Source: Trichosphaerium sp. ATCC 40318 (Eukaryota; Protista; Tubulinea). From it: a stretch of DNA of 64,000 nt. A program made the position numbers and the translations under genes. Below are positions 13,802 through 26,778 of the stretch, one piece after another (within the stretch, counting starts at the first letter, position 1; the number at the start of each line of letters is the position of its first letter). The DNA lies in the NCBI GenBank assembly GCA_038496445.1, contig JALMLS010000282.1, positions 72,318 to 136,317 of the forward strand, read 5' to 3'. A model generated the notes under the pieces. It was not told where the DNA came from and searched no databases. It saw only the letters and a program-made list of their open reading frames with translations.

Positions 13802-14971
13802 GCACCTAAAACGGCGACAAGTGAAAAAATCTTCCCAATATGTAATCTCTACGCATAGAAACTATGTTTAAAGAACTTAGACATAGTTCTGTTACTGTTA
13901 AAGAAGGGACAAACAACAAATGGAAAAAAAAAACAGAAATCGACAAGAAACGTAAGGGTTATGTCTATCACTTGTAACATACTACAATACATTCCTTTTT
14001 AAAAAGTACCGAAAAACGTCACAGCTGTTCAAAAAAGGCCAATTTCTGGTTTTGAAAACGCGTATTTTCGAGATTTATAACAACGTACGCATTACTCTCA
14101 ATATACCGCTTTCCTTACCACTTTGTAGATTGCTTATGAGAAAGATTTGTCTTTTTTTTTTCGAAACTACTGCGTAGTCAATAGTGAAAAATAGGGAAAA
14201 CAGTATATTCTGTCTTAAAACCTTCACTGGTATACATTCCTACGCGAATTCTTGATAACCAATTTCGGCCAAGACCTTGAAAATGCAGGAAGACCCTTGC
14301 ACATGGAAGTACTATAGTGTGTTATCCCTATGCTGTGACTCTGAAAGTCACATACGCGTACTGATCATGTATTCAGTGATGTTCGTTGACAAGGCTTTGT
14401 CGTTTGTTTTAGTGTTGTCTAAAGGTCAAAAGATCCATTGACATAGTAGAGAATGTTGTGCAAATATAATAATGTCGCATTTGACGCGTAGCGTAATTAT
14501 ACTTACACAACATTCTCTTATACTGAAGAATGCAACGCGTAGACATTAAAGTCTTACGTGCTACCTACTTTTAGCAGTCATTGTTACCCTTTTCGACAAT
14601 GCATAAGACTTTTCTATGAGGTGCTGCGTACGTATCACTGAAGAGTTTTGAATAATTTATTCAAATTTTCGTATCATGTTCTGTGAAGCCTCCCAATGAA
14701 GTATTTTAGGCAAAGGTACTACCATATTGCAGACATTTGATTAATGACGTTGTACCCGTACAAGTTTAAAGCGTTACTCATCCTACGCTGCAACTTTGAA
14801 TTCACTACAAATGGACTGGTGTTTATGCTCTTGAGAGTGGTGTTTTGTTGTATTGTGAGCGTATGTGCTTGTCCACTTGAAGATTGTATTAATTTATATT
14901 GCTCGTTTTTGTCGTTGACGGTCAAACAGCTTTCTCGTGAAATCTCGATAATACTCGCAAAACCTCACGCA

Positions 14972-17900
14972 ATGCAACCACAAGGATACGGTCCACCTGG
15001 AGGTTACCCTCCACAACCTGGTTACGGCCAACCACCAGTAAACCAACAAAATCAACAACCTCCTCTACCACCATACCAAGGAGATGCTCCTCAACGCTTT
15101 GGTAGCTTTCCTGGACCTGCGCCGGGTGAAAACGGTCCACCGCCACCAGGCCAACCTACACAGGGCTATCCACCACAAGGACAACCAGCGTACGGTCAAC
15201 CGCCACCAGGACAACAACAACAAGGTTACCCACCGCAAGGGCAACCAGCCCCTCCACAAGGCAGACCAATGGCGGGCGGACCACCACAGGGAGCTTTTAG
15301 AGGAGAACTAACAGCAAAGTTAAATAACATGTCGCTATCAAACCAACAAGGTCCACCAGTAGGGAAGCCAAAACCTGGTGTTGGCTTTAAACGTGGCGGT
15401 AATGTTACCCGACAACAAGGTTCTGGCGGTGCAGTACACTCTTTCAGCGAGTCCGAACGACGTGCTTTCGTTGAGCACATCAATTCGGTTTTAGAGGGCA
15501 AAAAGGGCGCAATTAACATAGACCCGAACTCAGACGCTGTTTTTGAAACGATGAAGGACGGTGTACTCCTTTGGTACGTTAATCAACCAATTTTTTTTTC
15601 GTTTCTACAAATAACTGGTTGCTTCCAACCGAATTTCTTCCAAAAAATGATTTACTAGCAAACTACATACTTTATACGTTCTATTTTAATGTGTATTGTG
15701 TTTTTTTTTTTTTGCGTTAAAAACGCTTTGTTTTGCGTTAAACAATTACTTACGTGCTTTATTAGTAATCTATTGAACGCTTTAAGACCTTCTACAATAA
15801 AAGAATCAAGTATTAATCAAAAACCGAAAAGCAAGTTTCAAGCTTTGGAGAATATAAGTATGGCACTCAATGCTTGTAAGGATTTGGGTATGAGATTAGT
15901 TAATATTGGTGCTGTGGATATTCATGAGGGCACTGTACGTGGAGACCCAAGATACCCGAAATTTTTTTTTTTTTCCTATATTTCAGCGCTCATACGCAAT
16001 TACATCCAACAAGCATTCGCCTTGTATTTTTTTTACATCTTTGGGTAATGTTAGAGTGGAGAAAAGACGCTTTTTTTTTATATTTTTCTTGGGTGTTTTT
16101 TAAGTTTTGTCGAGTTTGCTTGGCTTCTATGGAGCCTTTTTTGTGTAGTTTTATTTTTCGTGTTGCGTGCTTATAGATTTTTATAGAAACATCTTGTTTT
16201 GGGTCTATTGTGGCAGATTATTAAGGTACCATCTTCGTTTTTTATTTTTTTAGTTTGGTGAAAAACACAGTCGACGCACTGTTGTATGGCGCGTGTATTG
16301 ACCTATATGTAGTGGGGATTATTAAATGGACTCAATGTTGGTGATCATCCAGAACTTGTAGCTCTTATGCAAAATGATGAGGACTTGAACCAATTTCTTA
16401 ACTTGACACCAGAGGTAAAAATGAGCGAAAAAGAGCTGCTATAGTTTTTTTATTGTTTTGTAAATTACGTACTAATCTGATTAATAATTAGGCGTCACTA
16501 TTGAGATGGTTCAATTATCATTTAAAGCGTGCTGGACATCCTAGACAAGTTAAAAACTTTACAGGCGATATTAAAGACGCTGAGAATTATTTGGTTCTTC
16601 TTGAACAAATAGCACCTCAAATTGTACCAAAAGGTTGTCACAACGAACCAGATGAGAATAATCGTGCTGCTTGGGTATTGCACTATGCCGATCAACTGGG
16701 TTGTAAAAAGTTTTTGCATGATCCATCAGACATTCTAAAGGTATGTAACATTCGTGCCTGTACGAAAAGCTAATTGTTTTTGAAGCCAAATCCAAAGTTG
16801 AATTTGGCTTTCACAGCGAACTTGTTCAACAAACATCCTGGCCTACAAGCAGATAACTTTGACCAAGAACAACAAAAAGCAGTCGATGAAGCTAGAAAAA
16901 GAGCAGAGGCAAAATTTGCAGAAGAAGAAAGGTACAGCAAATTATATGAGCTAACTAGCTGTTTTTGCTTCTTTGCAGATTTTTTGCGTGAATTTCCACT
17001 TCTTCAACATGTATTGCTTCCGTAGCTCAGTTGGTTAGAGCGCACGACTGTTAATCGTGAGGTCGTAGGTTCGACCCCTACCGGGAGCGCTTAAATCTTT
17101 TCATTTTTTTTGACCTTTTCGGTTGTACTAAGATGCCACAGACTACGAAACGAACGATGGAAGAGAGAAGAAGAACAACAAAAGCGTCGTTTAGCGGAAA
17201 TGGAGAATAACATGTAAGCACGACATTGTCTTTTTTTTTTCTCTGATTTCTCGTTAGGAAAAATAGCCTTGCTGCACGCGAAGCAGAGCATAATGCTCGT
17301 ATGCAACAAGAAGCTCAGAGAAAAGCTGAAGAAGAAGCGTACCGTAATCAACAAATGCAACTCGCAGACCAAAATCGTGCTGCTCAGATGACTGCTGCTG
17401 ATCAAGCACGCAGAGCACAAATTGACGCTGAAGAAAGGGTACATAACGTGGTTACTATTGAGTTGGTTTTAATGCATTGTTAGGCCATACAACAACGTAG
17501 ATGGGAAGAAGAGCAAGCGCATAGGCGACGAATGGAAGAAGAAGGCAGAAGACATCAACAACAGATGCAGCAACAACAGCACATGCAGACAATGCAGCAA
17601 CAACAAGTATGATTCTTTTAATCTTTTAGTTACTTTCGTACCGTCTGTTTTTACTAACTACCTTTAACAGTGGCAGAGACAGCAACAGCAACAACAACAA
17701 CAACGTGTTACAACTGTGCGTAGTTAAACATCTTCTACGCGACGACTACAAATCCTTATTTTAATACTAGACAACTACTACTCAGTTCAGACCACCTCCA
17801 CCACGAACTACTACTGTTGTACATCAAAGAATATTCGCTATTGCTTGTTGGAGTTGTAAACGTCAATTTCAAGCCCAACCTGGTATTCCTCGTATCGCTT

Positions 17901-18094
17901 GTCCATATTGCAGGTGCGTTTTGTTGATTTTGATTTGCAAGTGAGTTTTGTTTGCTAAAACGTTACTTAGAGCCGTAAATTCAACTGTACCTCAAGCTCC
18001 ACCACCAGTACAACGTACTGTAGTAATACAACAACCAGTTGTTCAACCTACTACACAAACAGTAATTATACGTAAGAAGAAGTACTACAGATAG
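14972..18094 (+). CDS. Fimbrin/plastin-type tandem CH-domain protein with P/Q/G-rich N-terminus, coiled coil and C-terminal zinc finger
   Basis: HSFSESERRAFVEHIN, LVNIGAVDIHEG, LRWFNYHL and PNPKLNLAFTANLFN match one fimbrin actin-binding domain. An E/R/Q-rich helix follows, then CWSC-x14-CPYC. Confidence 0.85.
17016..17089 (+). tRNA. tRNA-Asn(GTT), nested in an intron of the fimbrin-like gene
   Basis: Acceptor stem GCTTCCG/CGGGAGC, D-arm TAGCTCAGTTGGTTAGAGC, anticodon arm CACGA-CTGTTAA-TCGTG, T-loop GGTTCGAC, and a downstream T-run terminator. Confidence 0.97.
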
Positions 18095-18391
18095 AATAAA
18101 GGCGAAAAATGAGATTAAAAGCTTTTAATCTCAATACACAAGTTTGCGTGTACAGTGTTTAAAGTATAATAAATTAACCCCCTTTGCACGTTGTAACAGC
18201 TGGTATGCACTTCCTTTACTTGCGTGACTGTTTATGGTTTGTCTCGTTAAAATACGCCAATAATGTCAGGGACCCTGTTTAGAACATATTAGAGTACATA
18301 TATGTGTCTTTGGGTTGGTTTAGTTGTGACACTTAAAAAGTGACTTCACCATTTCTGTTAACTGCTTTTGTAAAACGAATCGTGGCATAGT

Positions 18392-20893
18392 ATGGCTGAT
18401 AAACAGACTCCAGGTGATACCAGTACGCTACATGTAATTGTACTAGAATGACATTTAACAGAACATCAGATTCTGAGTTTCCACCGCCTGGTACACCTCC
18501 AATACACGTAAATTTGTCTCCTAGTCATAAATATACGATACATTTTGTACGGGAACCAGACTACAACGTAAAATTGATCTAAATACGTTACAGCATGATA
18601 TTTCAATGCAAATACCATCTCCAAGAGCATACAAATGCGTCACGTTTGTAACAGATGGTATGCGCCAAGTAGGCCAACAAGAGTGTATGTTAACGTGTAT
18701 TTGGAGCCCTGGAATCACTTTAGAGGGTCTGAAAGGACAAGTGTTTCAATTATTGAAAGTTATCTACGAATACGCTGCAAAAGGCGTTATAGCCACTCAC
18801 GGTACGCCAATGACATTGCAGAAGCTTACCATACCTATATTAATACGTTTTTCGTACGCTGAGGCTTTTATTAAGGTTCACAGTCAAATTTTGGTGGTGG
18901 GTTCATTACCTCCAACGTGAGGGGTGTATTATATGCTGAAGTGGATCGTGCACTTGTCTCATCCCTCATACCAGGTATGGACATTTCGCTAGACGTAATT
19001 TGTAAGGCGCACGTGCTGTAACTTGTAATTTTTTTTTCGCAATTTTTTTCTGTTCAAAAAGCATAGCAAGGTTTGCACTACTTTGCGCTACAGAAAACAG
19101 CATTTTTTAGTCAATCGTGGTTCTAATCAATTTCGTCCATGTGGTTTCTTTCCTGTATTGTTAATGTCTTGAGATTTTTGTGCCACTTTTTTGAAAAGTT
19201 TTTGATTTAACACGTGATTTCTGGTTTTCTTTAATTTTTTTGCTTACGATAAAGATGGCATACTTGATCCTAAAGTAAGTTATTTATCAGTAATAACACT
19301 TTCTTCACTGGAGTTTGATATGTATTCTATTGCAGGCGAGACGAGGTATAAGAAGTTTTCTTATTTTTTTCTGAATTGTTCACTGTCTACTTTGTTGTCC
19401 AAGTTCATGAATATCTAGTTGATAACTTTTACCTTCAGGGTTTTGGCTTTACTCGGAAACTACTATAGAACATATCCATATCCTTTTTGGAGCGATCCAG
19501 GGCGACAGTGTGTAATTGGCAACTATGACTTAAACAATGAAATTCTTGGTTCAATTTCGAAAATACGTCTAAAGTATGGCCTTTCTTGACCCTTAAGGCT
19601 TATTCAAAGTAATCAATACTATCTAGGGATTGTACTACAAAGTTACAAAAGCTTGATGATACTGTTATACTACGTATATTAGACAAGGATTGCGCTAAGT
19701 TGACTGAATCTTTTGATAAGCTTGCTGCTTCTCAAGCAATTGCTATCATTACTGGTATTGGTCACCGAGAAGATTGTCATCTTGTATGGTACCCAGATGC
19801 TAATCAAGGCGGTTTACGAGTTATTGGAGCACCAAATTCTAAAGGTAAAAGAAAAACTGGAAAACAAGTCAATTTTTGTGTTTGTATTGTCTCTAATTTG
19901 TTTTAAAGGACAACATATTGGCGGTTCATATCTTATTATTGCTCCTGGAGATTTTAAAGAAAACAAAATCGTAATCATGGTAGATGTAAGTACAAACATG
20001 TTGCCTTAATTTCAAAATAACTTGAACCAATTTTCTGAAAAAGTTAGAGGTCAAACTTGTCAGAAATCACGTTTTTTTTGGAATGTCTCTATTCCTGAAA
20101 CTTATTATTTTATTGATGTTTTGCACATAAACATTTTTTACCAAGTGGACATCTCTTTTTTCTATTCAGGTTTTTTTTCGTCACGTTATTCTTTTTGTAA
20201 AATCACAAAAAAAAGCTTTTCAAACAAGACTTCTTCAAGCTACCGTACTTGCTTTTCTAAACAATTTTTTCGCTTTTTGAACGGATAAGTATTTCAACAG
20301 CAACTAAAGTAACTGTGTAGGGATTTTCTCTTTTTATCAATCAAGAAACATTCTCAGAAATTAGAGCAAGAATAAAAGAAAAAGATACCGAATACTTTGT
20401 TCAAACACAAAAAGATTCACCGTCATTCAAACTACTCATAGCATCAAGTACATTTATAAACCCTATAGATGGACAAAAACTTGTTGCATCATCAGGTTGG
20501 GTTACATACGGAAAAGACAACAAAGACAACAATGACGAAGTAAGCGTTGAAATAGTTCTTTTAACATCTGACAGTGAACTTAAAAAAAACGTCAGTGTTG
20601 AGTCCTTAGTGTCTTTTATCAAACCAATACTATCAAGAGTAGAGTCCTATGCAAAGGATAAAGGACCTAGAATAGTACCTAGCGCTGCATTACAGTTTGA
20701 GGTTGATAAGGAAAGCCTCAAAGTGACAGTTTCTGGTTCGGAAGAAGGTGATATTTTATCTGATGAAACAAAAAATGATTTAAAAGATATTGGTTTACAA
20801 AGTGGTTCTTCTTCACTTCAAGTAAACGGTAGCATTAAATTTCTTGTAACTTTAAAGCACAATGGCTCAATATCTGATAATAACAACTCATAA
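18392..20893 (+). CDS. SARA/endofin C-terminal (DUF3480)-like protein, no FYVE domain seen
   Basis: CVTFVTDGMRQVGQQE, LGNYYRTYPYPFWSD, EDCHLVW, IGGSYLII, IMVDGFSLFI and NPIDG occur in the same order as conserved SARA_C blocks (recalled, not searched). Confidence 0.55.
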
Positions 20894-21135
20894 TAAAAGT
20901 ATAAATGGTCGAAGTAAGCCTACTTTTCCTTTCGTCAAATTGAGCACTCTTTCTTACTTGGTTCAGAATGCGCTATTTCTTCGCCACCAGAGTCAAAATC
21001 TTCAATACCTTCCTGCATTGGTAACAAAAGAAGAGTTAAAGATATATATCTTTGATGAGGCAATGTTGTCAAACAAGATTTTACGTGATTACTAAATCAT
21101 TCTGAGGCTTTATTTGATCATTTTTTTTTTACTTT

Positions 21136-22347
21136 TTACAAATCAGGTTTTGAATCATCCTCTGTGAACTCGTCTTCAACATCATTTTCTTCATCAAGTC
21201 TTTCTGTATGCAGACAAGGCAATCCACCACTATCTACTTTCATTTTTATCACGTGAGAATATAAATTTCCTCCTTCACTACCTGTGAAACAATCGGAGAT
21301 GTAATCTGGGTACTCATACGTAATCTCCATACCAGTAATGTACTGGCAATTTTCACACGTTTTTTTCAATTTCTCAGGTAAAGATGACTCCATAAAGTAC
21401 TTGCTATAATTTCCATAGTTTTCCAATGTTTTAGGGTTCAATGGATTACCATCAATAGCATCATCAATATGTTGAACGATAATGTCAGCATGTGTTCCTT
21501 CGTATGTTATACCAGAACCATCTGTCATATCTTTGATTCCCGATTTCATCGCATGCGCTACACCCTTTCGAAGCATTTCAAGGCTTTCAAAAACGCCTAT
21601 GGACCATACCTCAGTACCATTGCCTCTCCAAGTATCTGTTGTAGCAGTCAACCATATATTTGGATGCATAGCATCGAATTTAGGGTCGATAGAACCTTCC
21701 AATACATCAGTAACCCTATCGCTCATATCGTCATAATTTTGTTTTCCTTTGCCGTAACGCAGTCTTAAATCACGTGGGAAAATAGGTGGTGGCACGTGTT
21801 CTTTACCTTGTTGCCCTGGAGGTACGTGATCATCAGGCCGTTCAGGTAGTTCACCAAGGCCATCGTGACCACTGAACCCGTAATGACCGGTCATCATTAC
21901 GTTCAAAGGAAGAGGAAGCATACTAAAACCAAAACTGTCTTCCCCGAAATAAAATATTGAAGATTGAGTTTTTACGGCGTCGTTCTCTTCTGCAGACAAT
22001 GATGTATCTGTGCGTCTGTGTATCCATCTTAGCGCTTTTTTAGCTTGGTTTGCGTCTTGAGAGAGCTGAACTGGCTCAAACCGGCATGGATCGCAGAAGC
22101 CGTCGCATGCAGAGAATAATACGGCGATATAGAGCTCTTTTGGGATATTTTGGCGGTTAGAAGAGCGGTATTGGTTCCACAGCGTGTTGCCGTATGAATG
22201 CCATAGTTTACAGACCATTGGAATGTTGTGGAGGGAATATCGGTCTAAACAAACGAATACTTCAAGCCAACAGTCTGCAGTTAATGATTCCGGACCATAT
22301 GAGGTATTTTGCATTATTTCTAGGCGTTGCTTTGTATTGTTAGACAT
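21136..22347 (-). CDS. Intronless F-box protein with unknown C-terminal domain
   Basis: 403-aa ORF. LTADCWLEVFVCLDRYSLHNIPMVCKLW is an F-box motif. Confidence 0.8.
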   Translation of the reverse strand: MSNNTKQRLEIMQNTSYGPESLTADCWLEVFVCLDRYSLHNIPMVCKLWHSYGNTLWNQYRSSNRQNIPKELYIAVLFSACDGFCDPCRFEPVQLSQDANQAKKALRWIHRRTDTSLSAEENDAVKTQSSIFYFGEDSFGFSMLPLPLNVMMTGHYGFSGHDGLGELPERPDDHVPPGQQGKEHVPPPIFPRDLRLRYGKGKQNYDDMSDRVTDVLEGSIDPKFDAMHPNIWLTATTDTWRGNGTEVWSIGVFESLEMLRKGVAHAMKSGIKDMTDGSGITYEGTHADIIVQHIDDAIDGNPLNPKTLENYGNYSKYFMESSLPEKLKKTCENCQYITGMEITYEYPDYISDCFTGSEGGNLYSHVIKMKVDSGGLPCLHTERLDEENDVEDEFTEDDSKPDL

Positions 22348-22528
22348 TTATGAAGAAAATAACGGAAAAAAAAACACAAAATGACAATAGTTCTCTGAAA
22401 ACCTCATTGAAGCTTTCCAGGAAATGCTGTTATTCTTCAATTTCGTCCAGTAGCACTCCTTGAAAGAATAATAAACATACCACATCCACCATGTATTACT
22501 TGAAAAATCTAGACAAGCGTTTGAATTC

Positions 22529-22779
22529 TTGAGACCGAGGATTTGACCCGAAATAGCGCTATTTTGTTTTAGCGCTAAGCCTGATTTTTGAGGAGGGTTT
22601 GTGAGCATAGGTAACCTTGTGCAACTCTCCAAGCTACACCGTGTATCCTTATGAAGTACTTCACATGAGTATAAAAGCAGAAAGTCACGTGCGCGCTACA
22701 AATCGATAGTGGCCTTTTACAAAGTAGGCTTAGCGCTACAATACAATAGCGTTATTTCAAATCAAATCCCGAAGCTCAA
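22529..22779. mobile_element. MITE with about 55-bp imperfect terminal inverted repeats
   Basis: Left end GGATTTGACCCGAAATAGCGCTATTTTGTTTTAGCGCTAAGCCT. Reverse complement of the right end GGATTTGATTTGAAATAACGCTATTGTATTGTAGCGCTAAGCCT. Non-coding, with related copies at about 6120 and 32285. Confidence 0.75.
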
Positions 22780-23334
22780 CTGAACTCAACATCATAATTT
22801 AGGTTTTCTTTTCCTGGCTTCGGTTTTGGTTTGTTATTATGCTCTTGGAAATCAACAACTGGTTTTCTTACATTACGTTTACGTGGTTTTTCGAAATCCT
22901 CTCGAGTCTAAGTCGTTCTGCTCTGGAACCTTCTATTCCGGCTTCATTATCTTATTTTCTTCTGTAAATTTAGATACTGGTGCTGAACGGGCAGTGGTAA
23001 AATTTAACAACTGTTTTCAGTTCGGCCATTGGTTTTTTTTTTTTCATAGCTCTTCACCCAGAACCCATGGCCCTTCTCACAGCTGGAGTTACTACGCAAT
23101 CGCGGAGATGAGTAGTATGCAGATTTAAGTAGCCTGTATCTCGCTTGCCATTATCAAGCATTGCCTTTGTGGAAGGCACCATACTCCCTTGCTCTTATTT
23201 TCTCCAGGTAAGAGAAACTGATATGTATTGACTCTATTACCTGTACTCTCTAAAGTCGTTTCTTTCAGGCACTCTAAGCTACCAGCAGCTCAACCCATCT
23301 CAGTGAGCTTTTTCACATTATTCCATGCGCTAGC

Positions 23335-24515
23335 ATCTGGCCTCTAAGACTGTTTAGATCGAAATTAAAAATACACCATCACGTGCTTTTTTATTGCTCT
23401 CATTAATGAAATTGACTAACAGTACGCTCCGTGTATGTTAACAGCAGAATAAGGGACCACAAGAAGAAGGATATAATTTATATACTACAACTTTCGTTTG
23501 CTTTTGGTGTTGCGTTTAGTTTAGAGCCTGAACAGAAGAACCTTGAACTTCAAAAAAAAACCAGTCTGTTTTCCTGTTAGTATGCACCAATTAAAAAAGT
23601 AGGTTTTACTTCCAGAAATGTACAAGGATATTAGGCAAACAAAGAAAACAAAGTTTGCTTAATTTGGAACATTTGTGACCACAACGAGTGTGAGTAGAGT
23701 GTGGTTTGTTTAGGGTGACTAGGGTAGTCGTGAGAACCGTGCCGTTTCGCGTGAACGCGCACAGGAAGATTAGTAAACCCTCCAAACACCACTCAACATA
23801 AAACAACCATCTTCACCATTAACAAGATCGATTTTTATTCAACAAAAAATAAGTAGTAACTGTGAGTTAGAAACTGAAGCTAGCTCAAATATCTAACTTT
23901 CGTAGATTGCCTGGTTTAGAGTTTAAGCTCGTCACCAACTCAGCTCAATAGTGTACCTGATATCCGGATTTGAGCTTCTTTCAATCCTTGACACTGAGTA
24001 TGGTGGAAATGTTATTTTGTTTTAATGTCACTGAGTATACACATGCCGTAAGTACATGAAGTTCATACGGTTCATGCCACACTAGCAGCTTCCAACATTC
24101 TTCAAGCCCAAGAAACTATCTCAACGTTTGATTCCATTTCAGAAAAGAGCCTTCATTTTCAATGTAATAATAGCATATGCGGTTTGCTGATCGTAGAATT
24201 GTTTGATACAAACTGTTTGTATTATACACGTGATTTTTGTAAAACCAAATACAACGTACCTGTTTTATTTCCTTCAGCTCTTGATGCTTTCTTTGGTTTA
24301 TGTAGCGTGTACATGTACATACCCACCTAATTAAATACTATGGTCACTTGCTTGAGTTTCATTGCCGACATTGAAATGTGCAAAAAATTCGTCTGGTCAA
24401 ACACAAAACGTGAATAAAATTAACTACCTAAACACACGAACCCATGGCAGAACCTCAGACTTTAGACATTAATTTACAATATGTTAACCGCTTGGCCACT
24501 GGTTTCCAACATTCA
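23335..24515. repeat. Segment duplicated in inverted orientation at about 39365-41090 (lectin 5' part, shared intergenic region, RCC1 start)
   Basis: Examples: 23881 TAGCTCAAATATCTAACTTTCGTAGATT and 24361 ATTGCCGACATTGAAATGTGCAAAAAATT are reverse complements of sequence at about 40290-40320 and 39464-39492. Confidence 0.9.
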
Positions 24516-25812
24516 ATGGTAATCGCAGACGATGGCTTTGTTTACACGTGGGGAGTACACGATGAGCGCCAATTGGGTAACACAGGCGTAAAAATGAGTT
24601 CCATCGCAAGACCAATAAAGTCACTTGTAAATATCGTCTGTATTGCTGCCGGATACAAGCATAGCGTTGCAGTTGATTTAAACGGTATTGTGTATTCATG
24701 GGGCTTTAATGAATACGGTGAATTGGGTCTGGGTAACTTTGCGTCACCTGTTTCGTCACCAACACGTGTTCCAGATCTCCCAAAAATCGCCCAAGTCGCT
24801 GCTTATAATGTGAGTATGGCGTTATCACATTCAGGCCATGTCTACTCTTGGGGAGACAACCAATATCACGGATTGGGCCATTCATTCGACAAGAAGAAAG
24901 TTTCATCACCAGTGGTTATTCCAAATCTTGAAAATGTTCAAAAAATTCAAACTAATCGCTTTGTAAGTGGAGCAATGACATCAACAGGTCATGTCTTTCT
25001 TTGGGGAACAACAGGTGACAAAACAAATGATACAGCATTATTCTTGAATCCAAAAACAATTTCACGTGTTCCAAACATTGAAGATGCCACTGATATTGCC
25101 ATTGGTGTTTGGCATGTACTTGTTCTCCTCAAGTCAGGACAAGTATTTTCGTTTGGATACAACAACTGTGGGTATCTTGGGTTGGGTATTGATGACGAGT
25201 ATGGTCAAAGTATCATCAAAGGACTGAATAACATCGTATCCGTCCATGCTGGTGCTTATTCATCATTTGCAATTGATGATGAAGGTTGTTTGTTTGGTTG
25301 GGGTAAAGGCAAATGGATTGATTCGTTCTATTCATACAAACCATTAAAATTACCTGGAAAAAAATATCATGAGTTTGCCAATAAAGAATTTCATTACTTG
25401 GCAATATCTCATGATTTCAGATTGGTCACAGGTGGTCGAAATGATTATGGAGGATCTTCGCCACAACAATTGACATTCAGTAACCACAGTAAGGTACTCA
25501 ATCATTTATTGTCAATATGATATGCAAACTGTTTGTTTTTAGCCAACATTCACTCAACCACGTGCTAGCGAATCAACCACCCCTTCAGTTGCTCCAACAA
25601 CACCAACACCAGTTCAAAACAATGAAACTAATTGGGTGTCAGTATTGACAAGGTTGGGTATCTCAAGTGAGCGAGCACAAGAACTTGGATCATTGATGAA
25701 TGAACTCGACATTCAAGTCAATGAAATTGATCAAGAAGTGTTGAAAGAACTTGGATTCAACTTGGTGGAACGTATCAAGGTCACAAAAGCAAAGAGAAAT
25801 GGCCTTCTTTAG
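24444..25812 (+). CDS. RCC1/BLIP-II beta-propeller + SAM-like domain, copy A (2 exons)
   Basis: Seven RCC1 repeats (AAGxxHS...VYSWGxNxxGxLG) in one exon. Intron about 25493-25542. Last exon NWVSVLTRLGISSERAQELG...QEVLKELGFNLVERIKVTKAKRNGLL*. Confidence 0.9.
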
Positions 25813-26778
25813 CGGCAATAGTGAATTTGTTTGCAACATTAAAATAGAGAATAAATAAAGAAAATTGAATCAAAACGCATCACGTGATTATATAAAGACT
25901 AACACTTTAAACCACTTATTATCACATTCCCAATTTTTAAGCACACTTTGGTTAGAGGTTATTGTCTGCTTCAAGTTGATCGGCTGGCACAGGAACATGT
26001 GGAAGTTTGTCCGCATTTTTGAACTCAAAAGATGTTCACGACATTTATATTAGCAGCATTGTGTCGTATAACTTAGCTACGGTAATAGGACGAGTTGTTG
26101 CAGGTACGAGGTAAGGAGAATTCTAATTTTATTAATCTTATTACAAAATATTAAGGAACTTCGTTATATTCAGATAACGAATGACGGATATGAACGTGTT
26201 CATATACGACAATTGTAGTTAATGGATACACAAAAACAACGTACACGTGATGTTATTTACGGTTAACCAAAAACGGTTTAAATAAAACACCGAATATAGC
26301 GAAAACTGATATCGCAATACAACACCAGGACCGTAATGCTCACTTTTAATCACTTTTAGCACTTGTGTTTAGATTTTAAACGCGTAGGATTTGTTTCGCC
26401 GACATCCAATCAAGAAGTGGACATAGAACGTTTGAGTTAACAACCACAAAGAACATAACCACAAGCAGAAATAGTTTTTTTGCATCCGTGCGTGGAAAAG
26501 TTCACAACAGCGCTTCTATCTTTGCAACATGGGCAACAAGCTGCTCATTTGTGGCTACCCCACAACCGTGTTCAACATAATCACGTGTATTTTTTTCCTT
26601 CGGAAGAAGTTTGTCACTCCAGCGCATACCTATACAATAAAAGGTTGTTACCACAAATAGAAAAATCAAGGATTAAAAGTAGCAAAAGACAAAATAAAAT
26701 CTTCTAGCGCTGTACTTGCGCTTGTACCGATACACAACTTGCGCTAGCTCCATGTCCAATGCACAAATACAAACACAG

